Notes under the pieces: model-generated
The model's database searches: none
Told to the model about the DNA's origin: nothing
What the model saw: the letters and a program-made list of their open reading frames with translations, nothing else
Made by a program: the position numbers and the translations under genes
Shown here: one piece after another, positions 18,655 through 29,320 of the stretch
How the letters are laid out: each line of letters starts with the position of its first letter
Position numbering within the stretch: the stretch's first letter is position 1
Source of the DNA: Acidobacteriota bacterium
GTDB lineage: Bacteria > Acidobacteriota > Vicinamibacteria > Vicinamibacterales > UBA2999
Direction: 5' to 3'
Assembly (NCBI GenBank): GCA_041178345.1
Contig: JBEGVQ010000093.1
Location: 14,496 to 78,495 of the forward strand
Length of the DNA stretch: 64,000 bases

Positions 18655-21029
18655 TTACTCCCTCGACTTCAAGACCGCGACCAGATCGAGCCGATCCAGC
18701 CGCCGCCGCACGGCCAGCGCCGAGAGCGCCGCCGCGCCGATGATGGTCAGCCAGCCCCACGCCACGGTGGCCGGGGTCACGATGAACGGGATGCGGAACA
18801 CCTCGTTCTGGAACAGGGTCATGATGAACAGGCCGAGCCCGTAACCGATCAGCGTGCCGCACGGCAGCGACACCAGCACCAGGATCGCCAGCTCGCCGAG
18901 CAGGATCGACGAGATCTCGCCGCGCGTGAATCCGAGCACGCGCAGGCTGGCCAGCTCGCGCTCCCGTTCCGACAGCGAGATCCGGGCCGCGTTGTAGACC
19001 ACGCCGATGGCGATGATCGCGGCGAAGATCACGTTGATGCCGATGGTCAGGTTCATGTTCTGCGCCATCACGTCGCGGAAGTTGCGCAGCGCCGTCTCGC
19101 GAATCGCGACCCCGGCCACCGACGGCGTTAACTTCAGTTTCGCGTAGAGCGGCTCGAGCTGCGCCGGGTCGACCTGGAGATAGGCGCCCGACACCGTGCC
19201 GCCCTCGCGCATCAGCCGCCCGAGCGCGGCAATGTCCAGGTAGGCCTGCAGGCCCATGATGTCGTCGATGACGCCGGCCACCCGCACCTGCCGCACCGGC
19301 CGGCGCCCTTCGAGCACTTCGACCTGCACCAGGTCGCCGGGCTCGAGGTCCAGGACCGTCGCCAGCGCGATCGACAGCACCATGCCCTCGGGAGGCAGCG
19401 TCCGCGGCCGGCCTTGCTGATCGACGACGCGATTGAGGTCGGGGTCGGGATTGAGCCCGGTCAGCGCCAGGGTCCGCGAACGCGGGCCGGCCCTGAGCCG
19501 CGCCGGCACCATCCGCATGGGCTCAACCGACATCACGCCGGGCAGTCCCGCGACGGCATGCATGGCCGCCGACGACCGCGGCTCGACGAAGCTGACCGTC
19601 ACGTCCTGCCGCATGCCGTCGTTGAACTGCCGCGCGATCAGCATCTCAATGGCATCGATGAAGCCAAAGCCGATCAGCAGGATGGCGCCGCCGAAGGCAA
19701 TCCCGATCACCGACGCGAACGCGCGCAAGGGCTGGCGCTCGAGGCTGCGCAGCACCATGCGCGCGCCCTGCGGCAACAGGCGCTGAATGCGGACCGTCTC
19801 GATCACGCTGGCGCGATAGCGGGCCGGCGACTCGGGCCGCATCGCCTCGGCCGGCGGCACCTTCACCGCCCGCCTCACCGCCGTGACCGAGCCAATGACC
19901 GCCGAAACCAGCGCCAGGGCCAGGGCGGTCAGCGCTACTTCGGCCGACAGCCGGTAGTCCAGTGACGGGAAGCGGAAGTACAGGTTGTAGAGCTCGATCA
20001 TCTGCGAGCCCAGCCAGGCGCCGACGATCACGCCGGTCACGGCCCCGAGCAACGCGATGGCGAGGGCCCACTTGAAGTAGTGCCACGCCAGCTGGCGGTT
20101 CGAGTAGCCGAGCGCCTTGAGCGCGGCCAGTTGCGGCCGCTGCAACGCCAGCGCCCGCGCCAGCGCCACGTTGAGCACGAACGCCGCCACCGCCAGGAAG
20201 ATCGCCGGGATGATGAACCCGAACGTGCTCAACTGCGCCAGTTCGTTGTCGAGCGTCCACGCTGATTGCTGCAGCCGCCGCGGCACCGCGCCCAGGCCGC
20301 CGAACGGCTCGAGCGCGCGGTCGAGGCCGGCGATGGCTTCGTCGGCCGAGGCGCCCGGCATCAGCCGCAGGCTGACGTCGTTGAAGCCGCCCTCCATGTC
20401 GAACGCGCTCGCCAGCGCCCGCCGCTCCATCCACAGCAGCCCGAAACGGCGGTTGTCGGGAATCATCTCGCCGGGACGGATGCTGAAGACGTACTCCGGC
20501 GACAGCGCCACGCCGACGATGGTCAGCCGCCTCCGCCGGCCGTTGATGATGGCGGTGACCGGGTCGCCCGGCGCCATGCCGTTGGCCTCGGTGAAGACCT
20601 CGCTCGCCAGCACCTCGTCGGGCCGCCCGGGTTCGGGCCAGCGCCCCGACCGCAGGAACACGTCGTTCAGCAGCGGCCGCCCGCGCGACGGCACCGAGAT
20701 CAGCCGGCCGGTCGCCGGCTCGAGCAGGCCCGGCACGTCGAGCGTCACGTCCGCGACGACGCGGGTGTCGAGGACGGCGACGCCGGGGATCGCCCGCAGG
20801 TCCGCCTCGAGACTGGTCGGCGCCCGCTTGAGCATGGCGAAGACATCGGCAAACCGCTGCCGCTCGTAGTACGTGTCGACCGTCCGCTGCAGGGAATCGA
20901 AGTTCGACAGGTAGGTGACAAACATGACCACGCCGGCGGCCATGACCGCGCCGATCGCAAGCGCCTGGCTGCGCATCTCCCACAGATCGCGCAGCAGCTT
21001 GCGATCGAGCGCGGCGATCGGCAGGCGGC

Positions 21030-21036
<7 letters not shown>
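18655..21036 (-). CDS. ABC transporter permease with two FtsX/MacB-type domains
   Basis: Start set at GTG 21036, overlapping the ATPase stop (GTGGTAG). Reads ..[20 protein letters not shown].., then large periplasmic loops and 4-TM bundles twice. Confidence 0.85.
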
Positions 21037-21755
<719 letters not shown>

Positions 21756-21764
21756 GGCAGCCGA

Positions 21765-23201
21765 TTATGGCTTCTTGTGCACGTGGCCGGATGGTTTTCC
21801 GTCGCCGACCAGGACCGTGCCCATCAACCCGCCCTCGGCGTGATCGAGGATGTGGCAGTGGATCATCCACTCCCCCGGCCGCTCGTCGAACGTCACCAGC
21901 AACCGCACCGTCGTCTTCATCGGCACGTTGACCGTGTCCTTCAGCGCCAGCGGCCGCACCGGCTGGCCCTGGTCGTCGATGACCTGGAAGAAATATCCGT
22001 GAAGATGGTACGGGTGGTCCCAGTCGCTGTCGTTCTTGACGGTCCAGAGCTGCGTTTCCCCGAGCCGGGCCCGAAAGGGCTCCGCCTTCCAGAAGGGCAC
22101 GCCGTTGATGCGGAACTCGGACTTGCCATTCTCCATGGGCGGCAGCGTCAGTACCATCTCCACCGGTGTCGCGCCTTCGACCGTTGGCACCGGGAGGGCG
22201 CGCTTCACGCGCACCGGCGGCGCGGTCACCGCCGGCTCCTTCGTGAACTCGATCGTCAACACGTCCTCGACGCCGCGATACTGCACGCTGCCGTATCCGC
22301 GGTTGTAGAGCATCGCGCGCAAGGTCAGCGGTGTGCCCGCCGTGCCCTTCGGCGTGACGATCACGTCGAAGCGCTCGCCTGGCGTGATCAGCAGGATGTC
22401 GGTCGTCACCGGCCGCTCCTGCAGCCCGCCGTCGGCGCCGATGACCGTGAACATCTGGCCGTCGAGATCGAGATAGAAGAACCGGCTCCTGGCGGCGTTG
22501 ACGATGCGCCAGCGTTGCGGAGCGCCGGGACGGGCGCGCAGCACCGGGTGGGTGCGGCCGTTCACCAGCACGTAGTCGCCCTCGCGGCCAAACACCATGC
22601 CGGCCGAGCCGCCACTGTCGGCGGGCTCGAGCCGGCCCCCGGCGTCGAAGCCGATGTCGCTCAACACCAGCGTCACCTGGTCGGCCACGCCGACGCCGTC
22701 ATTGGGATCCTCGACGAGCAGCGCGCCGTAGAGGCCAAAGCCGACCTGCGCCGCGGACCTGACGTGCGGGTGATACCAGTAGAGTCCCGCGTCGCGCACG
22801 ATGAAGTCGTAGACGAACGACTCGCCCTGATTGACCTCAGGCTGCGAGATGCCGGGGACGCCGTCCATCTCGATCGGCACGCGCAGGCCATGCCAGTGAA
22901 CCGTGGTCGGCTCTCTCAGTTCGTTCTTGAAGTGCACGATCAGCCGATCGCCGATGCGCGTCTTGATGAGCGGCCCGGGCAACCCGCCGTCGTAGGTCCA
23001 CGCCTGCGCGCGTTTACCCGGAGCGACCTCGACCTCGGCCAGCCGGGCCGTCAGGGTGATCTCCACCACTTTCGGATCGGGATTGGTGTCAATCGACTCC
23101 TTGAGCTTGAGGCCCGCGTCCCAGCCGGGCGGCGCCATCGGCTGAGCCGCAGCCGATAAGGGCAGGAGAAGACACATTACGAGCAAGCTCAGCATCGCCA
23201 T
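21765..23201 (-). CDS. three-domain multicopper oxidase (CopA/CueO-like)
   Basis: HWHGLRVP, WYHPHV, HCHILDHAEGGLMG copper sites. Signal peptide from ATG 23201 (MAMLSLLVMCLLLPLSAAAQ). Confidence 0.9.
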   Translation of the reverse strand: MAMLSLLVMCLLLPLSAAAQPMAPPGWDAGLKLKESIDTNPDPKVVEITLTARLAEVEVAPGKRAQAWTYDGGLPGPLIKTRIGDRLIVHFKNELREPTTVHWHGLRVPIEMDGVPGISQPEVNQGESFVYDFIVRDAGLYWYHPHVRSAAQVGFGLYGALLVEDPNDGVGVADQVTLVLSDIGFDAGGRLEPADSGGSAGMVFGREGDYVLVNGRTHPVLRARPGAPQRWRIVNAARSRFFYLDLDGQMFTVIGADGGLQERPVTTDILLITPGERFDVIVTPKGTAGTPLTLRAMLYNRGYGSVQYRGVEDVLTIEFTKEPAVTAPPVRVKRALPVPTVEGATPVEMVLTLPPMENGKSEFRINGVPFWKAEPFRARLGETQLWTVKNDSDWDHPYHLHGYFFQVIDDQGQPVRPLALKDTVNVPMKTTVRLLVTFDERPGEWMIHCHILDHAEGGLMGTVLVGDGKPSGHVHKKP

Positions 23202-23377
23202 GGCAGGACACCAGTGCAAAATGCAGTCCTGTGATCGTCGCCGAAAATGGGCGGAGATCCGGGTGGAATTCCTCCCCGGGCGGGGGAATATCCCCGGCCC
23301 GCTCGCGGATCTTCGCGCCCGGCGCGCCGGTGCCACTGGCATGGTCTGTGCTCCCCGATCCGGGCAGGGAGCTCGAC

Positions 23378-23944
23378 ATGGCCACCATGACGCAATCCGC
23401 AAGCGGAACCACGACGCAGTTCGTCAGGCGCTTCATGGGCGCGCTGGCTCTCGATCCGACAACGTTTGAAGACGTCGAGTCCGACCGCGCCGCGGGCGGC
23501 CAGGCCGCCCTCGTGGTGTTGCTGACGTGCCTGGCGGGCGGCTTCGCGGTCGCCGGCAGTTCGCAGCTGAACGTCACCATGTTCATCGCCGGCCTGACCG
23601 CGACGCTCGGCGCGTGGGTGGTGTGGGCGCTCCTGATTACCACCATCGGCACGCTGGTCCTTCCGGAGCCGGCCACCAGCAGCCGGCCGGCAGAGTTGTT
23701 GCGCACGATGGGGTTTGCCGCCGCGCCCGGTGTCTTCCTCGCCTTTGGCGCCATGCGGGCGGTCGCGCCCATTGTCGTGGCGCTGGCGACGCTCTGGGTG
23801 GTTGCCGCGACGGTGCTCGCCGTGCGGCAGGCGCTCGACTATCGCAGCCTCGCCAGGGCGGCGGTCGTGTGCGTCGCGGCCGGGCTGGTAGCGTTTGGCA
23901 TGGTCGCCGCCGTGGGCCTGATGTTCGCCAGGCCGGTCAGCTGA
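23378..23944 (+). CDS. Yip1-like polytopic membrane protein
   Basis: Start at ATG 23378 (AGGGAG Shine-Dalgarno). ..FMGALALDPTTFEDVE.. followed by five hydrophobic helices. Confidence 0.6.
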   Translation: MATMTQSASGTTTQFVRRFMGALALDPTTFEDVESDRAAGGQAALVVLLTCLAGGFAVAGSSQLNVTMFIAGLTATLGAWVVWALLITTIGTLVLPEPATSSRPAELLRTMGFAAAPGVFLAFGAMRAVAPIVVALATLWVVAATVLAVRQALDYRSLARAAVVCVAAGLVAFGMVAAVGLMFARPVS

Positions 23945-23986
23945 TCGACGGTTCTCACGAACGAGGGATTGGGGTAGCATCGAGCA

Positions 23987-24472
23987 ATGCGAATCAAATA
24001 CACGGCGGCGGCCCTGGTGGGACTGGTGGTGGCAGGCTTCAGCCTGGTCGCGCTAGCTCAGCAGAAGCCGGCCGCGACAGCGAAGACCGCCACGGCAAAC
24101 TCGGTCGTGGTGTACAAGTCCCCGACTTGAGGGTGCTGCAGTGCCTGGATGAAGCATCTCCAGGCGCAAGGCTTCCAGGTGGAAGCCAACGACGTCAGTG
24201 ATCCTCAAGTGCAAGCGGTCGGCAAGCAGGCCGGCATGACCGACGAGTTGTCGTCGTGCCACGTGGCGAAAATCGGCGGCTACACCATCGTCGGCCACGT
24301 CCCGGCCGAAGACATCAAGCGGTTGCTGAAAGAGAAGCCGGCCATTGCCGGAATCTCGGCGCCCGGCATGCCGATGGGATCGCCCGGCATGGAGCAGGGC
24401 GGCATGAAGGAGTCGTACAACGTGATGGCGTTCACGAAGGACGGCAAGAAGTACGTCTTCGCGAAGCACTAA
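23987..24472 (+). CDS. DUF411/CopG-family periplasmic metal-binding protein interrupted by an in-frame TGA at codon 48 (candidate selenocysteine, or nonsense)
   Basis: Signal peptide MRIKYTAAALVGLVVAGFSLVALAQQ, then VVVYKSPT-TGA-GCCSAW.., SCHV, GMPMGSPGME. The TGA (24128..24130) replaces the first Cys of the family CxCC motif. The ORF track only sees the 3' part (24149..24472). Confidence 0.7.
24141..24167 (+). other. SECIS-like hairpin downstream of the in-frame TGA
   Basis: 9-bp stem GUGCCUGGA/UCCAGGCGC (one G-U pair), 9-nt loop UGAAGCAUC. The stem starts 10 nt after the TGA and the loop 19 nt after it. Confidence 0.4.
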
Positions 24473-24639
24473 CAGCGCCTGGCGCGAGGGCGGCCACCAT
24501 CTTCACCTCGTCAACGCCGAGATGGCGGCGTTGCCCATCCGTAGCGCGTCGGTCGACTTCATCGTCGCGCCCGGCACCTGGAATCTGGCGGGCTCGGTCA
24601 TTTACGAGGGTGCCTTCCGCCTTGGGTGAGGAACCACTG

Positions 24640-24990
24640 ATGACGACGGCCCCAGGCACCATTCCGGCTTCCGAGGCGCTGCCGCTCGAGAGCCTCATCG
24701 CGTTGACCGCCGGCGGCATTGCCAGCCGCGTGCTGGCCAAGAACGGCGGCGGCAACCTGACGCTGTTTGCGTTTGATCGAGGGCAGGGGCTGAGCGAGCA
24801 CACGACGCCGTTCGACGCGCTCGTGATGGTGCTCGATGGCGAGCTGGCGCTCACCATTGGCGGCACGGCCGTCACCGCGACGCCCGGCACCATCGTCCGC
24901 ATGCCGGCGAACGTGCCGCACGCGGTCGAGGCGACGGTCGCGTCGCGCATGCTGCTGATCATGCTGCGGGAGCCAAAGCCCGCGGCCTAG
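24640..24990 (+). CDS. cupin domain protein
   Basis: Cupin_2 signature ..GLSEHTTPFDALVMVLDGELALTIGG..PANVPHAV.. Confidence 0.8.
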   Translation: MTTAPGTIPASEALPLESLIALTAGGIASRVLAKNGGGNLTLFAFDRGQGLSEHTTPFDALVMVLDGELALTIGGTAVTATPGTIVRMPANVPHAVEATVASRMLLIMLREPKPAA

Positions 24991-25224
24991 TCCGGGCCGG
25001 TGCGTCGGCCAGGCATCGGAAAGAATGTAGCGATGGAAAACTGGGTCGGAATGGCCGCGTTTCTCGTGATCTGGGTGGCGCTCCAAGTGTGGGTGCTGCC
25101 GAAACTCGGCGTGCCCACTTGAGCGGTGTCAGCACCGCGCCGGCCGGCGCGGGACGACCGGGGATCCGCCGACACTACGCCTCGCGAACGAACCGACGGT
25201 AGTTGAAGTTCTGAACGGCCCGGT

Positions 25225-26244
25225 TTATCGCGGGTGTGAAAAGGAGGCGGCGTTCGGGATCAACTGGAAGAACACCTCTTCGGGCGTGTTCCCGTGCCAG
25301 TGGCCGGCGAGCCTGGCGTAGCCGACCAGCGCCAGGAAGATCGCCGCCACCCCGATGGCGATCCGCGGCGCGGTGACCCGGCGACGGGTCCCGAGCGTCC
25401 GCATCTCCAGGGCGTCCTTCACCGGGCACGCGGTCACGCAGGTCAGGCAGCCGTTGCACTCGGGCGTGCGCACGGTCATCAGCCGGTCCACGGGAATCAA
25501 TGAGGGGCACGCCTTGGCGCACTTGCCGCAATCGATGCACGAGATCGGATCGCGCGTGATGCGCGTCGGGCTCAGCATCGAGACCAGGCCCATCAGCGCG
25601 CCGTACGGGCACAGGTACCGGCACCAGAAGTTCTTGGTCACCACCGACAACAGCACCAGGACGAGGCAGACCTGGATGGTCAGCCGGCCGGCGTCGCGGA
25701 AGAAATCGAGCATCTTCACGTCGGCGACCAGCCCGTAGGGGCTGGAGAGAAACGCGCTCAACGCCGGGACGGGCATGCTCACGACGGCATAGGCGAACAG
25801 GGCCAGGAGGATGTACTTCAGGCTGCGCAGCGGCAGGTCGGCCCAGCGCGGGAGCGTGAAGTTGCGGCCGAACATCTCGCGCCCGCCTTGCCAGAGCCAC
25901 TCGGAGATCGTGCCGATCGGGCACAGCCAACTGCAGAACGCCTTGCGGAACACCAGCGACATGGCCAGGAACGCCAGCAGCAGGAACAAGCCGGCGGGAT
26001 GCACCTCGGGAACGCTGGCGGTCAGCAGGAGGTACTTCAGGTTCATCAGGGAGGCCACCGGCAGCCAGCCCTCAACCCCGGGCGGGCGCGGGACGTAGAC
26101 GGTGGCCCCGGCTGTTTCGTAGAAACGAACCCAGAGGTAGAACCGCACGCCGATCCAGAGATTCAGGAGCAGGAACGCCACCTGCACGCTGTGCCGGACT
26201 AGCAGCGTCTGTTCAAGCGGGCGTTTGTCGTAGGCTCGGGCCAT
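25225..26244 (-). CDS. NapH/NosH/MauN-family membrane 4Fe-4S ferredoxin-type protein
   Basis: CSWLCPIGT and FWCRYLCPYGA membrane motifs, plus CIDCGKCAKACP and CNGCLTCVTACP clusters. Confidence 0.82.
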   Translation of the reverse strand: MARAYDKRPLEQTLLVRHSVQVAFLLLNLWIGVRFYLWVRFYETAGATVYVPRPPGVEGWLPVASLMNLKYLLLTASVPEVHPAGLFLLLAFLAMSLVFRKAFCSWLCPIGTISEWLWQGGREMFGRNFTLPRWADLPLRSLKYILLALFAYAVVSMPVPALSAFLSSPYGLVADVKMLDFFRDAGRLTIQVCLVLVLLSVVTKNFWCRYLCPYGALMGLVSMLSPTRITRDPISCIDCGKCAKACPSLIPVDRLMTVRTPECNGCLTCVTACPVKDALEMRTLGTRRRVTAPRIAIGVAAIFLALVGYARLAGHWHGNTPEEVFFQLIPNAASFSHPR

Positions 26245-26291
26245 CCCCCCGCATCTCCAGGACCACGATATCGGGCTCCTGGCGCCTGGCC

Positions 26292-26307
26292 TATGACACC
26301 GGTCATA
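26292..26307. promoter_or_regulatory. TATGAC-N4-GTCATA palindrome (Crp/Fnr-type operator candidate), copy 1
   Basis: TATGACACCGGTCATA, centred about 55 nt upstream of the NosH-like start codon. Confidence 0.55.
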
Positions 26308-26340
26308 TCGGCGAACGGACCGGCGGCGACGTGCCCTCGA

Positions 26341-29253
26341 CTACTTGAACCGTCGCTCGACGTGCCGGCGGATCGCGTCTTCGAACTCCGCGTCATGGTC
26401 TGCCTGGTAGACCATTGATGAACCGATTTCCGCCGCCAGGATCGCCGAGCGATACTTCGGCGACAGGTTCTGGTATCGGGTATTGAAGCGGGGGTCCTCA
26501 CGCAGGAGCGCCGGCAGGTGGCTCAGGATGACCTTGTCGAAGATCGGCTGGCTGGCGACGCCGGGGTTGGCCTGGAAGAACTCGAACAGGCGCTGGTAAT
26601 TCCGATTGATCTCGACCGAGATGTCGTCGGAGATCTCGGTCCAGGGCTTCCTGCTCGCGGCATGGCGCCGCACCAGCAAACGGGCCTCCTCCTCGGCACG
26701 CCGCTTCAGGATCGCCAGCACGTCGGCGACGTATTTCGGCTTGTTCTGGAGGAACTCCTCCTCGGTGAGCAGCAGGTTGGCGATGATCTCGTAGGACGAG
26801 GAGATCACGCCGCACTTGTTCGCCGAGGCGTCGCGCATGAGGAGGACGCCCTTCTTCTGCAGTTCCAGGCGGGCCGCCGGCGTGATGAACGAGTTGGCGC
26901 CTTCGATGATGACCTTCGCAGACGGGCTGCCGTCGGGCAGCAGGAAGCGCTGCCAGTTCTCGTCGTTGATCGTCTCGGGGCGGCCGCCGCCGGGAATGAA
27001 CAGGTCGGCCGGCACCGAGAACGGGAGTTCCCCGAACTGTCGCGACAGGTCGTCGATCGAGATCCACTCTTCGACCAGCCCCGCGGCGCTGCGCGTGACC
27101 TTGCGATACAGCACGCGCAGCCCGTCTTCCTTCGGCGAGCCCCGGAACAGCATGAACCCGCCGGGGTGCAGCGCCTCGGGACTGAATCCGTCAACGTCCT
27201 GCTCGAGCAGGATGCGCCGCAGTTGCGTGGGATCGGCGCCCGCCGGATCGAACAGCACCCCGGCGCCGTCCAGGATCAGCCGGATCTGCATCTTCGGGCA
27301 GAGGTCCAGCATGATCCGCATCGCGTTGCCGGCGACATCCCCATTCGGCCCGCCGGTGAACTTCACTGAGAAGGCGTCGCGCGTGATGTCGATGCCGATC
27401 TCGCGCATCGCGATCTCGGCGAACTTGACCACGCCGGTCGAGGTCACGCCGTACTCTTTGTGATTGATGCCGATGGTCTTCGACGACATCACGCCGGTGC
27501 CGAGAATGTAGCCCCGGCGCTTCGAGGTCAGGGCGATGTCCTCGATCATGTCATCGTGCATGTTCTCGTCGGGGCCGAGTTCGATCGGCTCGTCCTGCCG
27601 GTAGTAGTCCACGACCGCCGGGTTCTTCGCGACGCCCCCCTCGGTGACGAAGATGTCGAGGAAGGCGCTGAAGACATCGCGCTGCTTCTTGCGCAGCAGG
27701 CGATCGAGCACCGACCGCGGCTCCTTCGACACCGCCGAGGCATCCAGCAGCACCACGAGCTTCGACCCGCCTTCGTAGATGTCCTTGTTCTTCAAGTGCT
27801 GCGTGTGCGCCAGCACGAAGTTCTCCTTGAACAGCGTCGAGGCGTTAGTGAGGAAGTCATCCTGGGTGCGGCAGATCACCGTGCGCCAGCCGCCGCGCGC
27901 GATGTCGGAGAACCCGATGTGATACCCGAACGCGTGGCCGCCGAAGAAGAAGGTCACGCGGAAGGGCGTGCCGGACGGCAGGTCGGCGGTCGACACCTGC
28001 CCGAGGTCGGCGAGGTAGGCCGGGTCGAGCCGGAACGCGAGCGCCTGCTTCTCCTTCACGAAGAAATTGGTCTTCAGCGTGTGCTCGATGAAGGTCAGGC
28101 AGCAGTGAAACACGGTCCGGCGAATGGCATCGAGATGGGCGTGGCCGGTATCGTAGTCGGCCACGGCCTTGACGACGGTCGCCCGCAGCGCCGCGTAGGC
28201 CGCCTCGCGCCCCGCCACCGCCGGATCGAAGCGCAGTCGGAACAGGGCGACACACTGCGCCAGCAGTGGCGTGTTGGCGTAGATCGCGCCCTGCACTTCC
28301 TTCCAGTCGTAGCGATCGGGCTGCGCGTGCGCCAACTGCGTGTGGCAGAACGCCACGAACGCGCGGGTCAGCGAGGCGTCGTCGCCGCTCATCTGCCCGG
28401 TCGTCACGAACTCGCGATACTCAGGGGAAGTGGCGGTCAGGATCTGGGTGTTGAACAGTTCGCTCTGCAGCCGGTCGCGGAGGACGGCGGCGGTCTCCTG
28501 AATCTGGCCCTTGCGCTGCCGCACCGACATCGCAAACAGCGCATACGGCTGCGCGCCGGTCGAGACGTCGAACACGTCGGCGCTGCGGATGCCCACGTCA
28601 AAGCGGTGCAGCACCTCCACCACCTGCGCGACGTAGCCGGTGTGGGGCGGATTCGCGATCGCAAACAGCAGGCGCGCCTCGTTCGACCCGTCGGCGGCCG
28701 GCGTGAGATCGAAGTACAGACCATTCTGTGCCTCGCAGAGGTGCAGCATCCGGAGCGCTTCGACCACCCGGTCGCCCGGCGACACGCTCAGGTAGTCGGC
28801 GTGATTGAGCCAGAGGATGGACAGCAGCCGGTCAAACTCGGCGGGCGGGAATGACGGGTCGGACGCCAGCAGGGCTCTCGCCGGATCCTTCACGGCGCCG
28901 GGAATCTTCACGCCCGCCGCGAGCCCCGCCTGGATCTCCGCGTCGCTCTTGCACTTGAACGCGAACCGCTGGATTTCAAGCGTCTGCTCCAGGCCGGGCA
29001 TCGGCGCCGATGAATGCGCAAACATCGCGTAGGAGATCGGGCGCCCCACTCTCGCGCTTTTCGTCAGTCCCTCGTACAGGGACCCCGGCAAACTCCGCGT
29101 CGCCAGAATCAAGGTGTCCGGGCGGTCGGCCAGAATCAGATTCTGATTCGTCCGCAGCGTCTCGACCTCGCGCTCGAGGATGGCGATCGCGTCCGGCTCA
29201 CCGGCCATCGCCTTGAAGAAAGAATCGGCCATCGAATCTCGAAGCCACGTCAT
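26341..29253 (-). CDS. large NAD-specific glutamate dehydrogenase family protein
   Basis: About 970 aa. Catalytic block ..IARGGWRTV..HTQHLKNKDIYEGGSKLVV.., Rossmann KFTGGPNGDVAGN. Start at ATG 29253 avoids overlapping the upstream gene. Confidence 0.75.
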   Translation of the reverse strand: MTWLRDSMADSFFKAMAGEPDAIAILEREVETLRTNQNLILADRPDTLILATRSLPGSLYEGLTKSARVGRPISYAMFAHSSAPMPGLEQTLEIQRFAFKCKSDAEIQAGLAAGVKIPGAVKDPARALLASDPSFPPAEFDRLLSILWLNHADYLSVSPGDRVVEALRMLHLCEAQNGLYFDLTPAADGSNEARLLFAIANPPHTGYVAQVVEVLHRFDVGIRSADVFDVSTGAQPYALFAMSVRQRKGQIQETAAVLRDRLQSELFNTQILTATSPEYREFVTTGQMSGDDASLTRAFVAFCHTQLAHAQPDRYDWKEVQGAIYANTPLLAQCVALFRLRFDPAVAGREAAYAALRATVVKAVADYDTGHAHLDAIRRTVFHCCLTFIEHTLKTNFFVKEKQALAFRLDPAYLADLGQVSTADLPSGTPFRVTFFFGGHAFGYHIGFSDIARGGWRTVICRTQDDFLTNASTLFKENFVLAHTQHLKNKDIYEGGSKLVVLLDASAVSKEPRSVLDRLLRKKQRDVFSAFLDIFVTEGGVAKNPAVVDYYRQDEPIELGPDENMHDDMIEDIALTSKRRGYILGTGVMSSKTIGINHKEYGVTSTGVVKFAEIAMREIGIDITRDAFSVKFTGGPNGDVAGNAMRIMLDLCPKMQIRLILDGAGVLFDPAGADPTQLRRILLEQDVDGFSPEALHPGGFMLFRGSPKEDGLRVLYRKVTRSAAGLVEEWISIDDLSRQFGELPFSVPADLFIPGGGRPETINDENWQRFLLPDGSPSAKVIIEGANSFITPAARLELQKKGVLLMRDASANKCGVISSSYEIIANLLLTEEEFLQNKPKYVADVLAILKRRAEEEARLLVRRHAASRKPWTEISDDISVEINRNYQRLFEFFQANPGVASQPIFDKVILSHLPALLREDPRFNTRYQNLSPKYRSAILAAEIGSSMVYQADHDAEFEDAIRRHVERRFK

Positions 29254-29320
29254 GGCGGTATCCGTTCGCTGAAAGACTGCGTTGTATTCGTGTTGGGCGG
29301 GTGCTGGCCAACCACGAGCG

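Noticed and set aside
23347-23362. Sigma-54-like element TGGCATGGTCTGTGCT before the Yip1-like gene.
   Set aside because: The predicted transcription start (about 23372) would fall downstream of the AGGGAG Shine-Dalgarno and only about 5 nt before the ATG, so the geometry is inconsistent.
25033-25122. 29-codon ORF MENWVGMAAFLVIWVALQVWVLPKLGVPT, ending in TGA, in the gap after the cupin gene.
   Set aside because: It is a single hydrophobic helix with a weak Shine-Dalgarno and I recognise no family. The sequence after the TGA shows no conserved-looking continuation or hairpin, so neither a small membrane protein nor a Sec read-through can be supported.
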